Source: an uncultured Gammaproteobacteria bacterium (lineage in GTDB: Bacteria > Pseudomonadota > Gammaproteobacteria > UBA9214). Taken from it: a stretch of DNA of 64,000 nucleotides. The notes under the pieces were generated by a model. It saw only the letters and a program-made list of their open reading frames with translations, had not been told where the DNA came from and searched no databases. Below are positions 1 to 13,339 of this stretch, piece by piece; the stretch's first letter is position 1; each line of letters begins with the position of its first letter. The translations under genes were made by a program, and so were the position numbers. The stretch spans positions 128,001-192,000 of the forward strand of contig CAVYZN010000008.1 of NCBI GenBank assembly GCA_963773065.1, in the 5' to 3' direction.

Positions 1-127
1 GGGCGACGAACAGATTGCCCGGCTGCAGTTGCCGGGTGTCGGTGCTCACGCCGCGGAAGTGGACGTCGGCGGAAACACGGCGAGAAGCAAGCACCTCGGC
101 GGCTTTCGAAAGCGGCATCGCCATCAT
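1..127 (-). CDS. murF: UDP-MurNAc-tripeptide:D-Ala-D-Ala ligase, 5' part (runs off window)
   Basis: Manual translation MMAMPLSKAAEVLASRRVSADVHFRGVSTDTRQLQPGNLFVA; ATG overlaps murE stop; dcw gene order. Confidence 0.9.
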   Translation of the reverse strand, partial: MMAMPLSKAAEVLASRRVSADVHFRGVSTDTRQLQPGNLFVA

Positions 128-1659
128 CTCGACCATTCCCGCTTCAGGGCCATGACCCGTTCACGGTCACTGAACGGCAAGGCCTTGTCACCGATGATCT
201 GCACCGTTTCATGGCCCTTGCCGGCGATCAGCACGATATCGTCCGCTCCGGCCTCCTGTAGCGCCGCGGCGATGGCAACGGCGCGGTTGTGCTCGATACG
301 CACCCGCTCGGGATGAGCAAAGCCGGCGCAGATGTCCCGCATGATGCGTTGCGGGTCTTCGCTGCGCGGATTGTCGTCGGTCAGGATTAACCGGTCGGCG
401 TGGTGTTCCGCCGCGGCCGCCATCAGCGGACGCTTGCCTCGGTCACGATCACCCCCGGCGCCGAACACGCACCACAATTCCCCGGCGCAATGCGTCCGCA
501 ATGATCCCAGCACCTCATCCAGCGCGCCTGCGGTATGGGCGTAGTCGACGACTGCCAGCGGGCGCCCGGGACCCAGGTCAAAACGCTCCATGCGACCCGG
601 CACGGTGCGCGTTCTCGCCAGGCGGAGCAGCGCTTCCTCAAACGGCAGGCCGGATATGCACAGGCTGGCGAGCGCCGCGAGCAGGTTACTGGCGTTGAAG
701 CGGCCCAGCAGTGGACTGCCGAGCAGACCACTGCCCCACGGCGTACTCACGTCAAGTTGCATGCCGTCGATGTCAAGCCGCAGCTTGCGCCCGACGACCC
801 ATTGCGCGGGGAAGCGTGTCCGGCAGGGTTCCCGCTCAATCGTGTAGGCCACCGGGGCGACACCGGGCGGGATATCATCGAGCAGGCGACGGCCGAAGGC
901 GTCGTCCGCATTGATCACGGCATACCGCAGCCCATCGCCGTGGAACAGCTTGCGCTTGGCATGCGCATAGGATTCGATATCGCCGTGGTAGTCGAGATGA
1001 TCGCGCGACAGGTTGGTCAACACGGCGACGTCGAAATTCACGCCTCGCACCCGTCCCTGGTCCAGGGCGTGCGAGGACACCTCGGCGACCACGCAGCGCG
1101 CACCCTGCTGCTGCAGGGTATACAACGCCCGCTGCAGCGCGAGTCCATCCGGTGTGGTGTGGGTCCCGGGATTTAACTCGTTGTACAGACCATAGCCCAG
1201 CGTACCGACTACACCACAACGGCGGTCGACGCTGTCGAGCGCCTGGGCGATGTAATGACTGCAGGAGGTCTTGCCATCGGTGCCGGTGATGCCGATCATG
1301 AACAGGCCGCGCGAGGGATGCCCGTAGTAGATGTCGGCGATCAGCCCCACCTTCTGACTCAACGCGGGAACCGCCACCACCGGCACCGGCAACAAGGCCG
1401 CCAGTTCCGCCAGACCGGCCACGCCCGCGGCCGGCTCCCAGGCCACGGCCGCCGCGCCGAGCGCAAGCGCCTGCCGCGCATGCTGCAGGCCATGGGTCCG
1501 GCTGCCGGCCACCGCCAGAAACAGATCACCCGGCTGCACCTTGCGGCTGTCCAGGGCGAGCCCGGCGATGGCGACCTGCTGCCTGATCTCCGCGCCCGCC
1601 AGGCCGTGCAACAGCCCGCCGAGGGTATGCCCAGTCTTCTCGATCTTCGCCGGCATCAT
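124..1659 (-). CDS. murE: UDP-MurNAc-dipeptide:meso-DAP ligase
   Basis: GITGTDGKTS P-loop, EVSSHALDQGRV, DNPR (DAP specificity), AGKGHE. Confidence 0.97.
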   Translation of the reverse strand: MMPAKIEKTGHTLGGLLHGLAGAEIRQQVAIAGLALDSRKVQPGDLFLAVAGSRTHGLQHARQALALGAAAVAWEPAAGVAGLAELAALLPVPVVAVPALSQKVGLIADIYYGHPSRGLFMIGITGTDGKTSCSHYIAQALDSVDRRCGVVGTLGYGLYNELNPGTHTTPDGLALQRALYTLQQQGARCVVAEVSSHALDQGRVRGVNFDVAVLTNLSRDHLDYHGDIESYAHAKRKLFHGDGLRYAVINADDAFGRRLLDDIPPGVAPVAYTIEREPCRTRFPAQWVVGRKLRLDIDGMQLDVSTPWGSGLLGSPLLGRFNASNLLAALASLCISGLPFEEALLRLARTRTVPGRMERFDLGPGRPLAVVDYAHTAGALDEVLGSLRTHCAGELWCVFGAGGDRDRGKRPLMAAAAEHHADRLILTDDNPRSEDPQRIMRDICAGFAHPERVRIEHNRAVAIAAALQEAGADDIVLIAGKGHETVQIIGDKALPFSDRERVMALKREWSR

Positions 1660-3368
1660 GCGCCATCTCCCGGCGCGTCGTGGCGCGTCTCCAGCAGTGG
1701 CAGCTTGTCCGGCGGAATCGCCATCAAGCGCAGCGCGCCGGACATCACCCGGGAGAACACCGGCGCTGCCACCAGGCCGCCGTAGTAATCGCCCTTGCCC
1801 GGTTCATTCAACATCACCACCATCACCAGGCGCGGATCACTGGCCGGCGCCATGCCCGCGAACACGGACAGGTATTTGTCGTGGGCATAGCCGCCCGCCA
1901 CCGACTTGTGCACGGTGCCGGTCTTGCCGGCAACTCGGTAACCCGTCACCTGTGCCGCCGGCGCGGTGCCCTCGGGTCCGGCGGCCTGCTCCAGCATGCC
2001 GACCACCTGCTGCGCGATACGCCGCGAGATAACCCGCTGGCCCTCCGGCGGTGCATCCTGGCGTAGAAAGGTTACCGGACGCCTGACTCCGCCCGCGGCC
2101 AGCGTGGCATAGGCCTGGGCCAGTTGCAGGGGCGTCACCGACACGCCATAGCCGAACGCCAGCGTCGCCGTTTCGAACTCCTTCCAGTTGCGGTAATTCG
2201 CCAGCAGGCCGGAGGCCTCGCCCGGGAAGCCGCTTGCCGTCGCCGCACCGAAACCGACACCCGAGAGCGTCGACCAGATACGCTCGGCCGGCAGCGACAA
2301 GGCAATCTTGGTGATGCCGACATTGCTCGATTTGCGGATCACGCCGGCCACGTCAAGCAGGCCGTAATCGTGCACGTCCCTGACCGTGTTGCGGCCCACG
2401 CGAAACCAGCCCGGCTCGGTATCGACCGGTGTTTCCGGCGTATAGCGTCCGTCCGCGAGCGCGCAGGCCACGATGAAAGGCTTCATGGTGGACCCGGGCT
2501 CAAACACGTCGGTTACCGCGCGGTTGCGCAGCATCTGTCGGTGCAGCCTTTGACGGTTGTTCGGGTTGTAGGATGGCTGGTTGACCATGGCCAGAATCTC
2601 GCCGGTCCTGACATCGAGCACGACGGCGGAGGCGGAACGTGCGTCGTGTTCCTTCATGGCCGCCAGCAATTCACGGTAGGCAAGGTACTGGATACGCCGG
2701 TCGATGCTCAGCAGCAGATCCTTGCCGGGACGCGGACGGCGTATGCTCTCGACATCCTCGATCGTATGACGCTCGCCATCCTTGATAACACGCTTCGCGC
2801 CGGGCTCGCCGCGCAGCCAGTCGCCATAGGCCAACTCCAGCCCTTCCTGGCCAACATCGTCGATATTGGTGAACCCGATCACCTGCGCGGCCACTTCACC
2901 GGCCGGGTAATAGCGCTTGTATTCCTTCTGCAGATACACGCCCATGATGTCCATGGCCCGCACCTGCTCGGCGAGCGCGGGACTGATGTGGCGCTGCAGG
3001 TAAACAAACTCCCGCCCGGCGTGGGCTGCCACAAGCTGCTGTACATGATCCCGGTCGAGCGACAGCAACCGCGCCAGTGCGGTAATCCCCTCCTGCACAC
3101 CGACCAGTTCCTGCGGATTGACCCAGACCGATTCGACCTGGGTGCTGACCGCCAGTGGTTCCCCCTGCCGGTCCAGGATCATGCCGCGGTGCGCGGGAAG
3201 CTCCTCGACGCGCATGTGCCGCGCCTCGCCCTGTACCTGCAGAAAATCCTTGTCCAGTACCTGCAGGCTGACCGCCCGCCATACCAGCGTCCCCAGCGCG
3301 AGCAGCATGCCTGCGATCAGCACGGCGCGCCGGCCCGGCTGAACGTAACATGTCCTGTTCCTGTTCAT
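1656..3368 (-). CDS. ftsI: Penicillin-binding protein 3
   Basis: N-terminal TM, EPGSTMK (SxxK), SSN, KTGT motifs; dcw position. Confidence 0.97.
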   Translation of the reverse strand: MNRNRTCYVQPGRRAVLIAGMLLALGTLVWRAVSLQVLDKDFLQVQGEARHMRVEELPAHRGMILDRQGEPLAVSTQVESVWVNPQELVGVQEGITALARLLSLDRDHVQQLVAAHAGREFVYLQRHISPALAEQVRAMDIMGVYLQKEYKRYYPAGEVAAQVIGFTNIDDVGQEGLELAYGDWLRGEPGAKRVIKDGERHTIEDVESIRRPRPGKDLLLSIDRRIQYLAYRELLAAMKEHDARSASAVVLDVRTGEILAMVNQPSYNPNNRQRLHRQMLRNRAVTDVFEPGSTMKPFIVACALADGRYTPETPVDTEPGWFRVGRNTVRDVHDYGLLDVAGVIRKSSNVGITKIALSLPAERIWSTLSGVGFGAATASGFPGEASGLLANYRNWKEFETATLAFGYGVSVTPLQLAQAYATLAAGGVRRPVTFLRQDAPPEGQRVISRRIAQQVVGMLEQAAGPEGTAPAAQVTGYRVAGKTGTVHKSVAGGYAHDKYLSVFAGMAPASDPRLVMVVMLNEPGKGDYYGGLVAAPVFSRVMSGALRLMAIPPDKLPLLETRHDAPGDGA

Positions 3369-3634
3369 GGTTTCAACATCACCATCTGGTTCGGCGCCGG
3401 ACTAATCATGCCCAGCCGGCTGTGGGCGGCATACTCGACCTGACCTTGCGTGGTCAAAGTGCTTTGCTCCAATTGCAGCTGGCCCCACTCGACATCCATC
3501 CGGTCTTTCTCGTCGCTCAGCGCCTGCAACTCCACGAACAACTTGCGGCCCTCATGCTTGGCGTAAACCACGCCAAAGGACGACGCAATGACAGCCAGCA
3601 CCAGGACGAACACGCTGGTCGGGCGGGCGCTCAT
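3365..3634 (-). CDS. ftsL: Cell division protein FtsL
   Basis: Single TM plus leucine-zipper EWGQLQLEQST; start taken at MSARPT overlapping rsmH stop. Confidence 0.92.
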   Translation of the reverse strand: MSARPTSVFVLVLAVIASSFGVVYAKHEGRKLFVELQALSDEKDRMDVEWGQLQLEQSTLTTQGQVEYAAHSRLGMISPAPNQMVMLKP

Positions 3635-4566
3635 TGCAGACGCTCCGCGATTCTCAGTACCGCACTGCGGGAACGCGGGTTGCACTCGACTTCCTCGGGT
3701 CCCGGCCGGATGGCCCTGCCGACCGGACGCAGGCGCGGCGCGTGTTCCACGCTGGCCAACGGTAAGCCCGGCGCTGGCTGCTCACCCCGGTATTCGTGGC
3801 GAATGAACCGCTTCACGATCCGATCCTCCAGAGAGTGGAAGCTGATGACGGCAAGACGACCCTGTATGGCCAGAACATCCGGCACCTGATCGAGCACCGA
3901 CTGCAGCTCATCGAGTTCGTGGTTGATGAAAATGCGTAGCGCCTGGAAACTGCGCGTCGCGGGATGCTTGTGCTTCTCGCGTACCGGTACCGACGCCGCG
4001 ATGAGTTCGGCGAGCTGGCGGGTGGTACGCAGCGGCGCCTCGTTACGCGCCTGGACGATGGCGCGGGCGATCCGTCGCGCGTAGCGTTCCTCGCCGAAAC
4101 CTAGCAGCACCTCGCTGATGTCCTGTTCGCCTGCCTCCGCCAGCCACTGCGCGGCGCTGATGCCTGTGCCGGGATCCATGCGCATGTCGAGCGGACCGTC
4201 GTCCGAGAAACTGAAGCCGCGAAGCGGATCATCGAGTTGCGGGGAGGAGACCCCCAGATCCAGCAGCATGCCGTTGACCTGTCCTTTCAGCTGTCGTTGC
4301 GTAACCAGATGGTTCAGCATCGTGAACGTACCCTGTTCTATCTCGAAACGCGGATCGCCGCCGAATTGCCTTTCTGCCGACTGCACGGCTTCAGGATCCC
4401 GGTCCATCGCCAACAGCCTTCCCATCGGTCCAAGCTCCCCGAGTATGGCGCCCGCATGCCCGCCACGCCCAAAGGTTCCGTCCACGTAAACACCATCCGG
4501 CCGTATATGCAGCCCTTCAAGTACCTCGGCGAGCAGTACCGGCTGGTGAATGTGAGCCGCTCCCAT
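3631..4566 (-). CDS. rsmH: 16S rRNA m4C1402 methyltransferase
   Basis: DGTFGRGGH, LDLGVSSPQLD, FHSLEDRIVK, NPRSRSA. Confidence 0.97.
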   Translation of the reverse strand: MGAAHIHQPVLLAEVLEGLHIRPDGVYVDGTFGRGGHAGAILGELGPMGRLLAMDRDPEAVQSAERQFGGDPRFEIEQGTFTMLNHLVTQRQLKGQVNGMLLDLGVSSPQLDDPLRGFSFSDDGPLDMRMDPGTGISAAQWLAEAGEQDISEVLLGFGEERYARRIARAIVQARNEAPLRTTRQLAELIAASVPVREKHKHPATRSFQALRIFINHELDELQSVLDQVPDVLAIQGRLAVISFHSLEDRIVKRFIRHEYRGEQPAPGLPLASVEHAPRLRPVGRAIRPGPEEVECNPRSRSAVLRIAERLQ

Positions 4567-4569
4567 GAT

Positions 4570-5022
4570 TCAGAGCGTCAGTGATTCCAGGGAATCCGGA
4601 AGCGCACCGCCACCGGCCTCCGCCGAAACCCAATCAACGCAATTGCGTTCCCAGACTTCCTCGTTCCAGATTTCAAACTTGTTGCCCAACCCCGCGAGCA
4701 CCACGCGCTTGTCGATGCCGGCGAACTCACGCAACCGCGGCGGAATGAGGATGCGGCCGCTATTGTCCATCTCGAGCTCGGTGGCATGACCCAGCAGCAT
4801 GCGCTGCAGCGTGCGGGTGCGCTTGTCCTGGTTTGGCAGGAGGACGAGTTTGCGTTCGATCTCGTCCCAGTCGGGAAAGGGGTAGAGCAGCAGGCAGCGA
4901 TCGTCGTGAACGGTTAAAACGACACGCCCCTCACAGCGCTCATCAAGCGCCGTGCGATAACGGGTGGGAAACGCCAGCCTCCCCTTCGCATCGAGATTGA
5001 CTGTGCTGCCACCACGGAACAA
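4570..5022 (-). CDS. mraZ: Transcriptional regulator MraZ
   Basis: FRG..NLDAKGRL, second D.SGRILIP repeat; TTG start; first dcw gene. Confidence 0.96.
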   Translation of the reverse strand: MFRGGSTVNLDAKGRLAFPTRYRTALDERCEGRVVLTVHDDRCLLLYPFPDWDEIERKLVLLPNQDKRTRTLQRMLLGHATELEMDNSGRILIPPRLREFAGIDKRVVLAGLGNKFEIWNEEVWERNCVDWVSAEAGGGALPDSLESLTL

Positions 5023-5049
5023 ATCCGCCCCCTTATCTTCCTAGAATTT

Positions 5050-5112
5050 CCCATTTATTACCACTACTCCCCACCTGGCGACACTATAGGAACGAAGAGT
5101 CAAAACTGTCAA
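5050..5112 (-). promoter_or_regulatory. dcw/mraZ sigma70 promoter with MraZ-box direct repeats
   Basis: Minus strand TTGACA (5107-5112), 18 nt, TATAGT (5083-5088), then GTGGG-like repeats with 10-nt periodicity (gtggggagtagtggtaataaatggga). Confidence 0.75.
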
Positions 5113-5492
5113 GCAAAAAACAAAAAATTTCTCCTTTTTTAGCAGTGACTTAGGGAGAATCACCGGCTCGATACCAGGTATTTATTTAACATACAAATTA
5201 CAAATCAAAAGGTTGCCATAATTATCTTGAGTAAACTAACAGCATCGGGAGGATTCATGCCTTTTCCGCACCAAATACGGGCATTGATTGTAACTGATAA
5301 AGGCACTTGAATGTAATGAGAAACGCAATATCTTGCGTTTATTACACATCAAAACCCATATAGAAGGGATATTCGACTCGAATTGTTACAAGGTGCGGGA
5401 GAAAAAAAACACCAGAATGATTCGCTGATAAAGTTCAGATATCGCTCCCGCGCATCCCTGCGCTCCGCGATGTACCTACGTCCCCTGTAGGC

Positions 5493-5520
5493 AAAAAAAG
5501 GGCCTGCAGTGCAGGCCCTT
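5493..5520 (-). terminator. Rho-independent terminator of ssb
   Basis: AAGGGCCTGCACTGCAGGCCC hairpin followed by T7 on the minus strand. Confidence 0.8.
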
Positions 5521-5546
5521 GTCAATCAGCAGAGGCGCGGTATGCC

Positions 5547-5987
5547 TCAAAACGGGATGTCATCGTCAAAATCCGGCTCGGCGGCGCCGTGCGCTACCTG
5601 CTCCACCGGCTGGGGCGCCGCATCCCCGGCGGCGTATCCGGTGCTGCCGCCGCGACTACCCAGCATCTGCATGTCATTGGCAATGATCTCGGTGGTATAA
5701 CGGTCATTGCCGTTCTTGTCCTGCCACTTACGGGTGCGCAGGCTGCCCTCCACGTATACCTGGGAGCCCTTCTTCAGATACTCGCCCGCGATCTCGGCCA
5801 ACCGGCTGTAAAACACCACGGTGTGCCACTCGGTGCGCTCCTGCTTCTCACCGCTCTGCTTGTCTTTCCAGGATTCCGTCGTTGCCAGCGTCACATTAGC
5901 AACGGCGTTGCCGCTGGGCATGTAGCGGACTTCCGGATCCTTGCCCAGATTACCCACCAGAATTACCTTGTTGACTCCTCGCGCCAT
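5547..5987 (-). CDS. ssb: Single-stranded DNA-binding protein
   Basis: [15 protein letters not shown] start with GGAGG RBS; C-terminal DFDDDIPF. Confidence 0.98.
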   Translation of the reverse strand: MARGVNKVILVGNLGKDPEVRYMPSGNAVANVTLATTESWKDKQSGEKQERTEWHTVVFYSRLAEIAGEYLKKGSQVYVEGSLRTRKWQDKNGNDRYTTEIIANDMQMLGSRGGSTGYAAGDAAPQPVEQVAHGAAEPDFDDDIPF

Positions 5988-6102
5988 GATGGCCTCCTGA
6001 TTGTGGTATTGATTCCCTTTCCCTGTGACCCACCCCATTCCAGACAGGCGGCTTCCGGGCCCGTATTCTATGCGATGGCTGGCGGCCGATCCATGGCCAG
6101 CC

Positions 6103-7467
6103 TCACGGCAATGCCGCCTCATCGAATACCTGCCTGTCCACCCGCAGATAGGCGACCCCTTCATCCGGGATGATCACCGCCTCGGCCACTCCCGCCACGG
6201 CGGTCAATTCACGCTGTAGCCGTTCGGCATCCGCCGGATCCTTCACCACCACCTTGTGTATGTAACTCGCCAACTGGCGCGGCGGGGTCATGGAGGCCGC
6301 CACCAGCAGCCACAGCAACGCACCCAGCGCGGTTAAGACAAAAACACCGTGTACGCCGTAGCGGCCATGTACCAGTCCGCCCAGCGAACCGCCCAAAAAC
6401 GCGCCGAGGAACTGGGAACTGGAGTAAATACCCATCGCCGTACCCCGGCAATCCAGCGGCGCCACCCGGGATATCAACGATGGCAACATGGCTTCCAGCA
6501 GGTTAAACGCGGTAAAAAACAGGAACAGGAGGATAACGATATCCGCCAGCGTCACCGGCAGCTGAAAGAGGCCCAGCTCAGCCAGGCACAGGAGCGCAAT
6601 CGCGGCCAGCATGATCGGCTTCACTTGCCCCTTGCGTTCCGCCTGGATGATGAACGGAATCATGGCCAGCACCGAGCAGACCATCACCGGCAGATAGACT
6701 TCCCAGTGCCGCGCGGCCTCGAAGTTGACCTCATCGCGCAGCACCAGGGGCACGACCACAAACGTGGCGGTGAGGATCATGTGCAGTACCAGGATGCCGA
6801 AATCGAGGCGCAGCAGGTCGCCATTACGCAGTACCCGTCCGAACTCGGATGGCACGGCCTCCGCCTCGTGATGCATGCGGGTCACGGCGGGCGTGGGAAC
6901 CACAAATCTGACGACCCCGATCCCGCCCAATGCGAGTACAGCCGTGATCCAGAAAATGCCCGGCACGCCGACCCATTTGTTCAGGATCGGCCCTACGACC
7001 ATTGCAATGGCGAATGACAGGCCGATGCTCATGCCGATAAAAGCCATGGCCTTGATGCGGTGTTCTTCACGGGTGAGATCCGCCGTGAGGGCCATGATGG
7101 CGCCCGCGATGGCGCCGGAACCCTGCAGCGCGCGGCCCAGGATAACCATGTGTATGGTGTGCGCCTCGGCGGCGACGACACTGCCCAAGGCAAACAGCAA
7201 CAGCCCGCCGATCATGACGGGCTTGCGACCGATACGATCCGACAGCAGGCCGGCGGGAATCTGCAGCACCGCCTGGGTGATGCCATAGGCGCCGATGGCG
7301 AGCCCGGTCAGCGCCGGTGTGGTCCCCTGGAGGTGCTCGGCGGCATAAAGAGCGAAGACGGGCAGAATCATGAACATGCCCAGCATGCGCAGGGCATAGA
7401 TGCTGGAGAGCGATAATGCCGCCCGCAGTTCGAAACGGCTCATCCCGAGCCTGGATGCTGCTGCCAT
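6103..7467 (-). CDS. MFS transporter, YajR-like
   Basis: About 12 TMs, motif [14 protein letters not shown]-terminal soluble domain ([14 protein letters not shown]); usual uvrA-MFS-ssb synteny. Confidence 0.88.
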   Translation of the reverse strand: MAAASRLGMSRFELRAALSLSSIYALRMLGMFMILPVFALYAAEHLQGTTPALTGLAIGAYGITQAVLQIPAGLLSDRIGRKPVMIGGLLLFALGSVVAAEAHTIHMVILGRALQGSGAIAGAIMALTADLTREEHRIKAMAFIGMSIGLSFAIAMVVGPILNKWVGVPGIFWITAVLALGGIGVVRFVVPTPAVTRMHHEAEAVPSEFGRVLRNGDLLRLDFGILVLHMILTATFVVVPLVLRDEVNFEAARHWEVYLPVMVCSVLAMIPFIIQAERKGQVKPIMLAAIALLCLAELGLFQLPVTLADIVILLFLFFTAFNLLEAMLPSLISRVAPLDCRGTAMGIYSSSQFLGAFLGGSLGGLVHGRYGVHGVFVLTALGALLWLLVAASMTPPRQLASYIHKVVVKDPADAERLQRELTAVAGVAEAVIIPDEGVAYLRVDRQVFDEAALP

Positions 7468-7560
7468 ATTCACCGTAGGTAAAACCTCTTTGCCTGTCAC
7501 TTGCGAAGCACCGTATATTAGCAGGTTGGCGCTTCGGGCGTCAGGTACGCCGGGAAGAAG

Positions 7561-10422
<2,862 letters not shown>

Positions 10423-10459
10423 GCGACCCGCCGGTTGCGGGCGGCATTATCTGTCTCAG

Positions 10460-10517
10460 ACCGCCAAGAACCAAGAATCTTATTTACTCAAACGCCTTTC
10501 CTGGCGTTCTTCGCGGT
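10460..10517. repeat. Imperfect intergenic palindrome (ACCGCxAAGAxCGC-type arms)
   Basis: accgccaagaaccaag ... ctggcgttcttcgcggt with AT-rich spacer; resembles 48927-49009. Confidence 0.55.
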
Positions 10518-10534
10518 TCACAATATCAGGGTGT

Positions 10535-11257
10535 TCAGGCCAGCTCGAACGGCGTACCCACTGCAATGCCGAGCAGTTGATCCGCCCGCCCCCGGTTGAC
10601 GGCGATCTCCACCAGACCGCTGGAATTCTCGTACCAGAATGCCGTGCCGGCGCCGGCGCTCGCGAAGGTCACGGCGTGCGGCAAAGCGTGACCGTTAACC
10701 ATCAGCGTCGCGGCATCGCCGGCCGCGGCGGCGCGCACGCCCGTGATCGCGTTGCCATAGCGGTCGACATAGACCACGCGATACAGCTCATCCGGCCACT
10801 CCGGCCGGGCGCGCGTCGGCGTTGCCACCGGCCCGGCACCGAAACCGCCGTCGCGCGCCAGACGCGCCGCCAGCGGCGCGAAGACATCCCGGCCGTGGAA
10901 ACTGCGGGAGGCATTCCTCGGATGCGGCAATTCCCAGCATTCCACGTGACGCGCCCGCCGCGTCAGGATCGCGAACAAACCCTCGTCCGGCCCGACATAC
11001 CAGCGGCCATCGGCCCTGACCACCCCGCCCGGCCGCGCGCCGCCCACCCCCGGATCGACCACACACAGGAACACGCTGCCCGGCGGGAAACCGCTCGTGT
11101 AGGCGGGCAGCAGATAGGCCGCCGCCTGGATGTCGAATGGCGGCAGATCGGAGAACAGGTTGACCACCGGCACGCCCGGCGCCTGCTGGTACAGCAGGGC
11201 CTGCACCTGTCCGGTGTAGGGTCCTTCCAGACCGAAGTCAGTGAAAAGAATGATCAT
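10535..11257 (-). CDS. SAM hydroxide adenosyltransferase / SAM-dependent halogenase family (DUF62)
   Basis: MIILFTDFG, VVDPGVG, SFHGRDVFAP, YVDRYGNAIT, ENSSGLVEIAVN. Confidence 0.9.
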   Translation of the reverse strand: MIILFTDFGLEGPYTGQVQALLYQQAPGVPVVNLFSDLPPFDIQAAAYLLPAYTSGFPPGSVFLCVVDPGVGGARPGGVVRADGRWYVGPDEGLFAILTRRARHVECWELPHPRNASRSFHGRDVFAPLAARLARDGGFGAGPVATPTRARPEWPDELYRVVYVDRYGNAITGVRAAAAGDAATLMVNGHALPHAVTFASAGAGTAFWYENSSGLVEIAVNRGRADQLLGIAVGTPFELA

Positions 11258-11327
11258 GCACGCGGGAAACCCGCAAGCTGGCACCACGCCAGCGAAGCAT
11301 TGTAGCAGCGCTGCGGCAGCCACACGC

Positions 11328-11754
11328 TCACAGCGGCGCGCCAAGGTGCTGAGGTAGGACAGGACTCCGCGTACACGTCCTTGCGGCAACCTGTCCGTCG
11401 CGCATCGGTATGATGTCCATGCCATCCCAGAGGATTGTCCGGCCCGTCGGCTCAAGCGTCGTGTCGTTGTACGTCACGGGATGGCGGTGCGTCGCCCTCG
11501 CCGTCCATTCCTGGACGACCAGGTCGTCGCGCACGTACAGGCGGCGCAGCGTGAAATGGATGTCGGGGAAGGATGTCGAACACGCCGGCGACGATCCGCC
11601 GGATGGCCGCGCGCCCCACGGCCTCGCCGCCGCTGGTGTGGTTGCGGAAGACCGAATCCTCGGTGTGCATGGCCACGATCGCGTCCACGTCGTGGCGGTT
11701 CCAGGCGTCGTTGTACGCCTCGATGACGGCGTGCAGGGGGTGCGTGACATTCAT
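11328..11754 (-). CDS. SnoaL/NTF2-like protein (apparent frameshifts)
   Basis: YNDAWNRHDVDAI in one frame continues as FPDIHF..VVQEW..PTGRTILWDGMDI in another; shifts near 11570 and 11385; 3' end approximate. Confidence 0.75.
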
Positions 11755-11840
11755 TCGGTCAGGGGGGCAGCGCAAAATTCTCGTTAATATTACCGCGAAG
11801 TGTGCTCTCACCCCGCCTGCCCGGCAATCGCTTTCGATCG

Positions 11841-11869
11841 AAAACAAAAACCGGGTGCTGCCCGGTTTA
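11841..11869 (-). terminator. Terminator after rplQ (alpha operon)
   Basis: CCGGG-cagca-CCCGG stem followed by TTTTTGTTTT on the minus strand. Confidence 0.7.
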
Positions 11870-11908
11870 TCGTTTTCGTTCCTGGTCAGGCGGGTCTGCC
11901 GCCGCGCC

Positions 11909-12295
11909 TCAGTCCAACCCGGCGCCCGCTTCCGGCTCGGGCCGGTCGACCAGTTCGACGTAGGCCATGGGTGCGTTGTCGCCGGGGCGGTAACCGGACT
12001 TCAGGATGCGCAGGTAGCCGCCGGGGCGGTCTTTGTAGCGCGGACCCAGTTCGTTGAACAGCTTGGTCACGGTGTCACGGTCGCGCAGGCGGCTGAAGGC
12101 GATACGGCGCAGGTGTACGGAGTCGTTCTTCGCCAGGGTGATCAGCGGTTCGGCGACGCGCCGCAGTTCCTTGGCCTTGGGCAGCGTGGTCTTGATGATT
12201 TCATGCCGCAGGAGCGACACCGCCATGTTCTGGAGCATGGCGCTGCGGTGACTGCTGTTGCGGCTCAATTGCCGTCCGGAGTTGCGATGGCGCAT
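11909..12295 (-). CDS. rplQ: 50S ribosomal protein L17
   Basis: [17 protein letters not shown]; [10 protein letters not shown]. Confidence 0.99.
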   Translation of the reverse strand: MRHRNSGRQLSRNSSHRSAMLQNMAVSLLRHEIIKTTLPKAKELRRVAEPLITLAKNDSVHLRRIAFSRLRDRDTVTKLFNELGPRYKDRPGGYLRILKSGYRPGDNAPMAYVELVDRPEPEAGAGLD

Positions 12296-12319
12296 GGTTC
12301 TGGCTACCTGTCGAGTGGG

Positions 12320-13321
12320 TTAGGCGTTGGCCGCGTTCTTTTCCTTCAATCCGGATGGCGGCCAGTTTTCGAGGCGCATACCCAGTGAAAGACCCTTGGT
12401 GGCAAGCACGTCCTTGATCTCCGTCAGCGACTTCTTGCCCAGATTCGGTGTTTTGAGCAGTTCCACCTCGGTGCGTTGTATCAGGTCGCCGATGTAGAAG
12501 ATGCTCTCCGCCTTCAGGCAGTTGGCGGAACGGACCGTCAGTTCCAGGTCGTCGACCGGGCGCAGCAGGATCGGGTCGATATCGTTTTCCGCCGTGCGCG
12601 GCTTCTCTTCCGAGCGGGCCTGCAGATCGACGAACGCGGAAAGCTGGTCCTGGAGTATGGTCGCCGCGTGGCGGATCGCCTCTTCGGGATTGACGGTGCC
12701 GTTGGTCTCGATATCGATGATCAGCTTGTCGAGGTCGGTGCGCTGTTCGACACGGGCGCGGTCAACCGTATAGGAAACGCGGTTGACCGGGCTGTAGGAG
12801 GCATCGAGCTGCAGGCGGCCGATGATGACGCTTTCGGTCTCTTCATTGTAGCGCACCGTCGCCGGCTGGTAGCCGCGCCCCTTGGCGATCTTGAGACGCA
12901 TGGACAGCTCGCCCTCCTTGGTCAGGTTGGCGATGAGGTGGTTTGGGTTGATGATCTCGATATCGTGGTCCACGCTGATGTCGCCCGCCACGACCGGACC
13001 CGGGCCCTTCTTGTTCAGGGTCACGGTGGCCTCGTTGCGGTTGTGCATGCGCAGGGCGACCTTCTTCAGGTTGAGCAGGATATCGATGACGTCTTCCTGC
13101 ACGCCTTCGATGGTCGAGTATTCATGCAGCACGCCTTCGATCTCGGCCTCGGTGATCGCGGCCCCGGGCATCGACGAGAGCAGGATGCGGCGCAACGCAT
13201 TGCCCAGGGTATGACCGAAGCCGCGCTCCAGCGGCTCCAGGGTAACCCGGGCGTGTTTGTCGCTGACGACCTGAACGTCCACGATGCGCGGCTTCAGGAA
13301 TTCGTTGACTTTTCCAAGCAT
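12320..13321 (-). CDS. rpoA: RNA polymerase alpha subunit
   Basis: [23 protein letters not shown]; [11 protein letters not shown]. Confidence 0.99.
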   Translation of the reverse strand: MLGKVNEFLKPRIVDVQVVSDKHARVTLEPLERGFGHTLGNALRRILLSSMPGAAITEAEIEGVLHEYSTIEGVQEDVIDILLNLKKVALRMHNRNEATVTLNKKGPGPVVAGDISVDHDIEIINPNHLIANLTKEGELSMRLKIAKGRGYQPATVRYNEETESVIIGRLQLDASYSPVNRVSYTVDRARVEQRTDLDKLIIDIETNGTVNPEEAIRHAATILQDQLSAFVDLQARSEEKPRTAENDIDPILLRPVDDLELTVRSANCLKAESIFYIGDLIQRTEVELLKTPNLGKKSLTEIKDVLATKGLSLGMRLENWPPSGLKEKNAANA

Positions 13322-13339
13322 GGATGACCTCTCAGTGGC

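Noticed and set aside
5113-5450. RNase P RNA upstream of mraZ
   Set aside because: The conserved GAGGAAAGTCC and AAxxCGGCTTA motifs were not found and the region is too AT-rich.
7505-7526. LexA box upstream of uvrA
   Set aside because: ccgtatattagcag does not fit the CTGT-N8-ACAG sequence or spacing.
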